This document shows, piece after piece, positions 53,901-64,000 of a DNA stretch of 64,000 bases. The stretch covers positions 24,986,001 through 25,050,000 of the forward strand of contig CM060731.1 in the NCBI GenBank assembly GCA_030704615.1, given 5' to 3'. Each line of letters starts with the position of its first letter. Positions within the stretch are counted from its first letter, which is position 1. A program made the position numbers and the translations under genes. This DNA is from Takakia lepidozioides (lineage: Eukaryota; Plantae; Bryophyta). The notes below the pieces were generated by a model that made no database searches, had not been told where the DNA came from, and worked only from the letters and a program-made list of their open reading frames with translations.

Positions 53901-56900
53901 CCTGAAGCAGAGACAGCCGGTTTCACTGCAGTGGAACCTACTGTTATAAAATTCAATCTTGTGCATCCTGTCATCTAGGAAAGTCGAGACGGTAGTGAGT
54001 ACAGAACAGCTTATCAACCAACTCCTGAGTTCCGGCTAAGAACAATAGAATAATCACAAACACTTTTGAACTGAAGTTTCCAAGACAGTTTTCATTAGTG
54101 TCCGAGTCTTTCCATAATCAAAGTATGTCATTGTACATAAGACTGTAGTAAGTGCCAAACTCAGAGGCCCTCTCTGGTAGAGTTTGCAAACCAAAGACTC
54201 ATGTCGTGAATCATGTCACATGATTCCAAGAGAGCTGTAAGATTCAAAACTTTTTGATTGGAAGGAAGAAGAGTTGGTGGGCTGGAATAGAGATCCGCAT
54301 CATAATGTGCTGGCATTGAGCAAAAACTGAAGGCGACTGTTTTGGAGCAGGTAGAACAATTTGTTTCCACAAATGCTTAGATGCGAGAAATCTGGGTGAT
54401 TTCGAAGGTTCACTGCACCACAGATGATTGTCTCTTAATGCATGTCACTGTGTATAGCTACTGGCCCTCTCCTATCATTTTAGTCAGCAGGTGTCTTCTT
54501 ACATGACTCAAAGTTCACCAAGTAGCAAGAGCCCTTGAGAAATTTATCACTGCCTACGATGGGCATGTCACAGATGTAATCACATCTCAGATGATGATTA
54601 GCAGCATCAACACCTGATCACTCCCACACCCAAAGTAGAAAAATAAACCCAAAAAAGTGTTTCTTCCAATGGGCTCTTATACAGTTGATGTATGAACCGG
54701 AGAGAAAATTGATTCAAATCAACCTTCCATACAGACACACCAATGGTGCAGAGTCTGCTCTGAGAATGTGCAATGTTTAGAGGGTCGTCTTTAGTGGTGG
54801 ATAGGCAAAAGAAAGCACACCTGAGACCACGTAGATGAGTCATTGGCACGAGACAGCTGCACCAACTGCTGGAGGGCTTCCTGCTTTTCCTCTGCTGGTT
54901 TCCCAGTTCCCCAATTTGACATCTGTCAATATCCACAAGCCAAGACAGGTATATTATTGGCCATTGCACAAGTACACAAAAAGATATTAATAGAGCTTTA
55001 CATTTTGTGCTCATTCCGAAGACCGAGCTGCCTGACAGCCCTGAGCAATACCCCACATTCAAGCCTCAGTTCCCCATTTCTGCTTCACCTACAATTGACC
55101 ACTACCAAGAACCCACATGCAAAACATGGAGCTTAAACAGAGCTGTTAATCTATATGCACCTGGTGAAGCAGATTGGGTATACTTGAGCCAGGAGCCTGA
55201 GAAGGAACTTTGTGGTTAGACTTCCACAGTTTATCATCATGCTTGGTCTGCAACTCTGCAGGTACATCATTTGGTTGCCTGCTATCTGAGCTCGCCACCA
55301 TCCCGACCCTTTGCTCTGAACTGACCACACACTGGGCATTCACCAGGGGAAGGACACCAGAATTTGCATAGTCATGTCTGGCATCTAAGTTGGGGCCATG
55401 AATACTCTGAACTTGATCTAACCAAACAATAGATCTATCTGGACTGCCATCCACTCCATTGCTCATATCTTTTGCCTGGTTGTTACCAAATGCCTCTACT
55501 GTATTTCCAGAGGGCTCCAAAGAATGATAGGAGTGCTTGCGGGAATCAGTACTAGATGCTTGTTGGCCTTCCAGACAACTTAGGTGAGTAGATTCAGGTT
55601 GAACAATGCCATTCCACTTCCTACCACCATCATTACTGTTAAGTGACATTGATGAGTAGCCTGCCACCACTTGATTGTTGTTTGTTAGAGCGGAAAATGC
55701 CCTCCCTGTAGGAGTACCTCCATTTCCTTCCACATGTGTCGAAAGGGCATCGGCCTGATCATAGCCAGACTTATTCCTGGATCGCTGACTCCTATTTTGC
55801 AGATATGTCATAAGATCCACTTCAATCCGTGGTGTATACTGTTTCAAGGCTCGTCGTAATGTGCTCTGCTCCTCAATTGATAATCCAAGAATAAAGTTCA
55901 GGACAGTCGTCGAATCAAAATGAGAATACACCGATATGATACCTGTCACCGCTGTCTCTTTGAGCTTTGGATTCTTGTCATTTGCCAGTGGGGCTAGTTT
56001 GGCAAGCCAAAGTTTCAGCAACCCACAACCACCTGTACCCTCAGTATTAAGGGCAAGCTTTGCAAATGCAGCTATGGCAAACTCAATAACTGCCATTTTG
56101 GCCTTTGGAGAGCGCTGCTCATCTAGGGAGCGTAAGAGTGCAGGGAGTAGTGCATCAATGCTAAAGGTGTTGCCAACTATCTCCAGGCAAGATGTGCTGA
56201 GCTGGCGGATGACCTCCTTGGAATCCACCAACCTGGCAAAAACTCGTGGCAGGATTCTCTCCAAATATGCCTCGAAAGATTTGCGGCAGACTCGGACCAC
56301 CTCAGCTAGAGTGGAGAGCGCAGCTTGCGCCACTTTATGATGCGGATCATCCAAATGTTCAGAAAATAGCTTCATAACTCTGTCAAAGCTTTGAGCTACC
56401 TCCTGCAACCCTTTTGGCCCTTGTTGCAGCAGCTTTCTAAGGTAGGTGAATGCAGCAACACGGGCAGACCAATCTGCACTTGGGCTCAGGCCTTCAGTCA
56501 ATGCATCATTCAAAGACATCAAACCATCCATGTAGTTAAACACTTCTCCGAAGGAATTCAGACCAGCCAGTAGCTGATTGTCCTCCACACTACTCCTACT
56601 ACTTCCTGACGATCTCCCTGACCCACTCTGTCTGAGAAGGGGCCTCTGGAAACCAGGTATTGCATTGAAAGGTGTCTCCGACCCTGATCTTTCAATCTGC
56701 ATTTCTGGTTTAGGAATCCGTTTCGCTACTCTACCCTCACCATTGTCTCCATTAGAGCTACTTTGACTGGGCCTATCTGTAATCAGAGGTACCCGTTTCG
56801 CCATGTGAGATCCTCCAAGTCCCCCAACATCACGGTTCACACCACGGGAAGGGGTAACACCAACCTCTCGATTCATGCCACTTGGAAGCCCTATTTTCCC

Positions 56901-59900
56901 AGTGTCTGACCATCCCAGCACCTGCAAGGCCGCCAAGGTGCTAGATGCATTGGCACGGAAGTAGCCAGATGCATTTGCTGAAGCCAACATGGATGCTCGC
57001 ATAGTGCCTTGATTGGAAGCAGGCGCAGATGCTGGATGAGGAGGATCACGAGCAGATGGAGGATCCACACTCAAGCGCACAGCCCCCACTGCTGCAGCTG
57101 CATGTATTTTACGATAGCTTCCACCCACTGCAATAACCATCCCATTGAATAGAAAAAGCATTAGTGCCTCTCAGAAATACCTTACTAGCAACACACAAAG
57201 AAACCATCTGCTCTCTCCTGCAGCAACATTAGCACTACCTCTGGTAACAAAAGCTGGTGAAAAAGGTCTAAGAGCAGCATGTGCATCTACCTGGATCATT
57301 CCCACCAGTTCGGGTTGCTGATGCAGCCACCTTGTCCACCATGTCGACTCCTCTGAGCATGGTCTCTATGGCATTCACCCGCTGTTGGCTGGCTTGAAGC
57401 ACGCTCTCTAAACTTCTCTCAGGAACCACCTCTACAGATTTTCTATGCAACAAGCTGCCAACATCAGCTGATCCTACCCCTGATACTAGACTGTTACTAC
57501 GGTCATTGGTGATGGAAGCTGAGTTGCCATAAGAGGGCAGGCTACCCAAAGACTGTGTCCCAGCAAGGGCTGGTATTCCTGTGGATTGCCTTAGGGGCTG
57601 CTGTTGGTAGGCTCCCCTATCTCGGACAGCTGGAGATGCATATCGCTTTTGAAAGCCTCCATCCTCTTCATTTATCAACTGCACACAAAAAAGCAACAGA
57701 ACCACATATCAACTCAGCCACCTCACAGTAGGCGGAAAATCATGGGTGGGGTAGAACGAGATCTGCCAACCCTAACAGCAGTAATGGAAGATTTTCTCAC
57801 TCGTTGGATCACAGGGTCAAGTGTATGAAAGAGGCGGCGAGCACGTTCTGGCCAGCATCTAGCAAACACACGATAACACATCCTTGCTGTCGAGCGAACC
57901 TGCAACATCAAAGCCACACAATTGTCAGAGGCACTTTCTTGCTGTCATTTCGTAAGATGGTGTACCATATAGCATAGATGGGGACATCCTTCCAGTATAG
58001 GTGGATCCCACTTGTGTAATAATACTGGCCATATGATTGGTAAGTTACATTCTATCCTTAAAAATAGCACCTGTAAAGACCCTTGGCTCTTAGGGAAGCG
58101 GCTAGTTAGTTCCCTTGAAAGTCCACTCCTGTAAGGTTTCTGGACTAATCAACAGACTAAGCTCCATTGCTAGGACCAACTTGAACCTGGTTACATGGTA
58201 TATTAATCTGCATGAGCAGCTGCTCTTGCTGTACACAATACAACAAGCAATGGATGAAGTAACAGGCATACCTCACTCATTGCATCACCACAGCAACACT
58301 TTATGAGTTCCTCGTAGAGCTCAGCAGAGCGCTGCATCTCTGAAGAGTCTGCCCACTGCTCCAGCACCAACAGTGCATACTCACAACACCTGCATACACA
58401 CTGAAGTCAGTATTTGACTTCTGTCTCACATGCCCCTACAACTATAACATACTTCTATCCTGTTCCCACCCTGGGCAAAATGGGGAAATGCAGAACAATA
58501 AGAACTTCTCTATTGGATAATTCTGATGTGCAGAGTTCCAAGGAACAGAGACTACCTTGCGCGCAAAACTGCATTGCGATCATGTTTTGCACATTCAATC
58601 ATTTTTGGAAGCACACGAGCCACTCGGCAGTTCCGAAGCATCTGCAAGTACTTGAGAAGTCAGCTCCAGCTTGTGCCACATAGTAGTAGAGTCCAACCCA
58701 TATGCAAGACAATGTACAGAAAGGAAGAGCATGACTCCTTCCATAGATATGAAATACTAAAATTGCAGGGCTTGGAAAACTGACCGTTTTTATGCACGTG
58801 TCTGCCGATTCGTGGATAACAAGCACAGTTATGACCACAAGCTTGAAAAGCATCTGTCCAACAGCAGATCATTTGCTTTAGTCAAAGAGGCCACCAACGT
58901 CTGAAAAGCTCAAATAGGAGGAAAAAGCCTGAGAGGCAGAAACACGATGGCTGAACATGTGTATGTGAACAAATCAAACAAGTTAACTGAAATTGTGAAT
59001 CATGGTTTTTCATGTAAATTATGTAGCAAACAGATACAGAAGCGAAGCAGGTTTATGATTTCTCAAGAGATATATCAATGTATATGTATGTATGTAGGAG
59101 GAGCGGTAACTAACTGGTATGAAAGACTCTGCGAAGACTTCAAACTCGGATTGTAACTCTCTCGACAACATATTCAGCAGCTGGCATGCCTGAACAACCA
59201 AACAACTGCATACAACATCAATAGAATGCACCAACACCACCACATCCCATGGCTCAAGAAGGGGATTTTTAGGCCAGTTCGCAAATTGACTCCTACCTCT
59301 TTTTCTCACATTTGCAACCAAAACCTCAAACCAACTCCATCCTTTTAAGCAATGAGACTTTTCAAAACTACCCTCCCAAAAAGAAAACTTGACACAATTA
59401 AAGATAACCTGCTTCACAATGCTGGAGCGGCGATCCGACAGCTGAACATTCAAAGGGCCTACGAGCCCCTTCAACAGAGTTGGAAAACAGGTATACTCCG
59501 CTGCACCTGTCACGAAGAGAGAAACAAAACCTAATCACTCACGTTGATTGAATTATTAACTTACAGCTATGGAGCAACCTGATCATCTTTCAAACACCTT
59601 CCAAAGTACCCACCCTTTCGGCTGAGATCAGAATGTGCACTACTGGAAAACCTGCAATCTAATCCTCCACTCAAAGCTTGTCGATATCATAAACCTTACC
59701 CGTATGTTAGGGCTCAAAATCAGAACTGGACTTAGACTTGCAATTGGAATCAGAATAGCAGTGCCCTAGCACTTAGGTAGTGTCACAAACAGACCTAAAA
59801 GCCTTTCCCAAAGGTCGTTAGCGTTTGGAAATTTCCCTGCCCTTCACAAACAATCTAAACAAACAGAGGCAATGGAAAGGACAATATGACAGACCTCCAG

Positions 59901-62545
59901 CAAGCAGTCCTTCAATTCTTTGCATGGCTGCCATGCGGACAGACCAGTCCTGCTCTGGTGTAAGCATGCCTGCCACTTTCTCAATCTCCTTAGTCAACTC
60001 CCTTTCTGAGAAAACTCTGACTGGATCCACAGGCTTATCAGCCCCCTCACTGTCACCTTCACCACAAAACATGAAGCCAGCACAAGAGAGTCAATGGACT
60101 CTGTCATCTGATGCTGGCAACAACAAGGTAAGTGAGTAAAAAAAGAGAACTCAAGTTTTTTTCCTTCCCCACAAAAGGCCATTTCCTTGCAGTCATAGTA
60201 TAATATTCAACACCCAACAATCAACAAAATGACACAGACAGCTCTCTAATCCACAGCAACTTAATGTATGGTGCACACTGGCAACTCTGTTGAGTACTGA
60301 CCCCCGCCACCAGCAGTATCGGCAGACATAGACGATTTCGACTTTGGGCTACTTCGTCTTGTGTTTCCTGCGGATATAGAAGCCTTCAGCTCTGGTGCTG
60401 CATACTGATTTGAAGTTGGGTAAGACTGGTTTGCCGCTGTATGTTGATTGGATGATGGATAATGGTTGGAAGTTGCTTGATGCTGATTGTGCAGGCCATA
60501 TTGATTGGACAGGGTAAATTGATTTGTGAGAGAATCAAGTGAGCGCCTAATGGGCTCTATCTTGTCAAACCTTGCAGCAATTTCTTTGAGCTGCAACAAA
60601 CACAACTTTCTTGTTAGCACCCAACCAAGAACTCATGTAACCATTTTCTGAAACATGCAGGTTAGCTGTATCCTTCTTCATTCAGCTTTGCAATTACTTG
60701 GCTTGTGCATGGAGGAAAAAGTCTAACTATGCTGGTTCTAGGGCAAACCGGGCTCGTCACCAGTAAGATCCTACATGGGTGACAAGAATGACTAGCAATC
60801 ACAGCTTCAATCATATTCAGAACTCCCATATTTGCTTAATATAGTTGAGGGTTAGGGTCCTCTAATAACTGCCATATGGTAACAATATTATGGCATTCCA
60901 ATATGACAGTGATAACACATGCACTGGACCAAGAGGATTGTGTGGACTGTTTGAACATTGCAGTAGCTCTTTTTGACAATATCTTATCAACAACAAAAAT
61001 CCAAAGGCTAAGGCACTTGGTTATTACCAGCGCTGGCCGTAACTGATTGCGTTGCAGCTCCTCCCTAAACTGTTGTCCACCCTGGCGATACATTTCCTGG
61101 AAGAGTAAATGACAGACAAAGCTTACCGAACACTGTACAAACAAGATTCTGAAAGCTTGCCATCAAACAAACTTACAGCAAGACTTCAATATGTTGATGG
61201 AAGAAAGTCAGCAGATCCAAGCAAATAGGGCATTCACTGTGACAACTGAAAGTATGTTGGGATACTACACATGCAACACGCGATTTTCCATGGATAACTT
61301 ATGCTTTGACTTGAACAATAATAACAACACTTAAGAATGGAATAAGAATCAGTGGGCGAGACGACCAGAAGGTCGGATCATACCTCCAAGCATAACAAAG
61401 CTGCTTCCCTTACACTGCTGTTTGAATCTTCAAGCAGTTGCAACACCTGCGGTTGTATCAATGTCCACATAACTGGATAAAACTGACACCATATCCATTT
61501 CCTTAATTTACACTGAACATCAAAAAATTAGATTTAAAACAAACTCCTTATCCAAAGTCCAGCTTGAACTAGGATTCTGCAAACCTGAACCAGTCAGCAA
61601 CCGTATACAACACTTGAGACGTTATAGACAAGTCAAGTCTGCCGTCAGTTTCAAAATCACCTTGTTGGTCAATAAGGCTCTAGGTTAATCAGTTAATTTG
61701 TGGATAGTAAGAAATTGTGTAGTACCGATGGCAACAGCAGCCTCTGGAAGGGAAGCTCCGTTGCAGCAAACAAATTAATAGCTGAAGCCACAGTGCGCGC
61801 AAACTCTTCACGCACCCTCCAGTTCTTATGGCCCCATGCATAACTTCCAGCCCTCTCCACTATAATTGTTGGTGAAGAGATCTGTAGGATATTCAACCAG
61901 TTTCAAGTCTCAGAGAGACCATAATAGAGACCTAGTCTATATTAGGCACTAATTCCTATGTCGTTACTGCAGAAGATGCATTCTTGAGAGATTCTTGAGA
62001 GTTGCCAAGTTTACAAGAGAAGTATAACATTACCAACTGGAGTAGTTAACATGGGAACTATGAACAGGTTTTTGTGAGTGCAGTCCTACAATATAACTGC
62101 TGTGTATATTTTGCATACACCTGTCTGGATTAGTAAAACAGTCGCGTTGCATGATCTGCATGTATACAGTAGATACATTGCAACCAAAATAGAGGCACAG
62201 CTGCAAAACTACCTCCATGAGAGCTAACAGAAGGCGGCGCCCTGCATCCCGCACCGGCTGCTTGCTGTCACCCAAGCGCTCTACAATGGCTGGAAGCAGT
62301 GCATTGAAATGCACCTTCAGATGCTCGCCAGCAAGGGCTGCAGCTGATGCCAGGGCCTGCAGAGCCCCCTGACAGACCCTAAAGTTATTGTCCTTCAATA
62401 AAATCATGGACGCATCTACCAGGCCACCCACTTCGCTTGCGGAAAGGCTCTTTCTGCTTTGTTCCAAAAGTGTCTGAAGCCTCTCCACCCCTGCCATTCT
62501 CTCCTTTGTATCCTTCGCATGTAGCTGCTCTATTGCTTCCTCCAT
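50926..62545 (-). CDS. CLASP: CLIP-associated protein (TOG/HEAT-repeat microtubule regulator), multi-exon
   Basis: N-terminus MEEAIEQLHAKDTKERMAGVERL, then LKDNNFRVCQGAL, DWSVRMAAMQRIEGL, LSDRRSSIVKQ, LDDPHHKVAQAAL, FGNQNADVRK|TVVFCLVEIY..LRLVTIYANRISQ|ARTG. Stop at 50926-50928. Confidence 0.96.
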
Positions 62546-64000
62546 TGTGAGGAGCGGTATGGGCAAACCGCAGGCCGCTAAAACTGTGTGCTAAATTACA
62601 GTGTGCGCCACTGAAAAGGCCACTTCGTAGTTCGGGGCATTGGCGGAAGACATTTTCACCGAGTCACAACCAGTCACCCACACTTCTCCCTTCCTCCCCA
62701 CCTTCCCCACTCTTTTCCCGCTCCTGCATGATGACCGGTCTGAATGACAAGTACAGAGCTCGATAGCAAAAAAGGCTGGCTTTCTTTGATCCTAGGCACT
62801 GTCAGAGACCAGCTTGCAGTGGTTCCATCAGAGTCTGCGCTCGAAGACAAAGACTGGAAGAATGTCATCAACTTGTAAGAATGTACATTTGCACAGCAAA
62901 GGTACGCAATTCAACATAACAATGTAAGCCAATCAGGGGAAACGGAGGTTAACAAGAGGGAGCCAGGTACAGACAAGAACAAAGACAGAAAGTCAGATAC
63001 GAACAGAAAAAGAACTGACAACAGATTGCAACTCGGATGAAATTCTCATAAACCTACACCAGTGAGCAAGCTACAACTACAATGCACACGACAGACCAGC
63101 GATCACAGAGAAGGCTGGTCTTGGTGAGGAAGAGGAGCCAAGTGGTGCAAGAATGCCAACAACAGAGCTAGGGCGTAAGCAAGTAAAAAATCAAAAACTA
63201 CCAATACAATGTAAGATCACTGCACCTCACACAGAAAGAGGCTCCTACGAAGCGCACGAGACAGATAGTCCAAGCCCCGCATACGCTACACTACACTCAA
63301 ACGAGGTGGCAACATCTCCAGACCTAACGCAAGCAGCACAATCGTAAACCAGTCAACTTCCAACAATGACAGTGACAAGAAAAGAAGAAAAGCGGACAAA
63401 CCAGGATGCAACAACGTAGGCAGCCACAGAGGGGCACCAGCATTGCAAAATGCCTGTCAGACAGCGCGCAGTCCGCTCACGCAGCCTGACCAAGAGCAAT
63501 GCACTATTCTATTACACCCCCTCCAGACCCGAGCGACAGCGCAAGCAGAGAACACGGAACGGCCCCAGCGCAAGGGATGTGCGCAGCGTGCAGAGGGCGC
63601 GCGAGCGAGAGCAGCGAGGAGGGGCCATGGCGGGTCGGGCTGCCCCGCTGCGCGGCAGCCGCGCTGTTGGCGGGCGGGCCCCAAGGGTGGTTGCTGCCAG
63701 CACCCGCCTTCTGGCCGCGCTGTAACTGTAGCAGTCACCCCGCCTCGCCTGCGGTTAACGTCCGCGCCGTCTGGTGTTCAACTCTGCACACCCGTACTTT
63801 GCTGCCCTAAAATCCTGCCTTTCATGTCGTTGCCGATTATGCCCTCCGACACCACGTCTTGCGAGAATAAGTAACATTCCTTTCTTATTACCCAAACAGT
63901 CAAATAATTCCTCTAAATAAATGAACGGCGAGAACAGATTCGTGGAATGCAGAATCCTCACCACTGATAGTATCAAAGACGTGCGCTGGGGGTAAACGAA

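Noticed and set aside
62674-63976. GC-rich short ORFs upstream of CLASP
   Set aside because: No recognisable motifs. Most likely CLASP 5' UTR, intron and promoter.

Overview
Eukaryotic nuclear DNA from a land plant. Intron-rich genes and the TE families present suggest a seed-free lineage (bryophyte or lycophyte), but this is inference. The left ~43 kb is a nest of transposable elements: (1) 1-10068, a Mutator-like (MULE) DNA transposon whose GCM-like/DDE/SWIM transposase and a divergently oriented ParB-like (DGNHR) gene flank a 2.6-kb array of a 30-bp palindrome; (2) a 500-N gap; (3) a degraded Ty3/Gypsy element with a PHD finger on integrase and tandem LTRs; (4) a second MULE-SWIM fragment; (5) a CACTA/EnSpm element whose predicted first transposase intron holds a SET-domain ORF, itself split by a 4.4-kb deletion derivative of the first MULE (8-bp TSD GTCTGTAG); (6) tandem LINE 3' fragments; (7) a Penelope-like element of the Naiad/Chlamys (CxC-RT) type with 2.2-kb direct repeats, no visible GIY-YIG endonuclease, flanking inverted relatives and covarying RNA-like structures. 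The right ~21 kb holds three ordinary intact genes: RPL23a (-), bifunctional DHFR-TS (+) and CLASP (-). Many TE frameshifts may be sequencing errors. All domain calls are by-eye motif recognition, not database searches.
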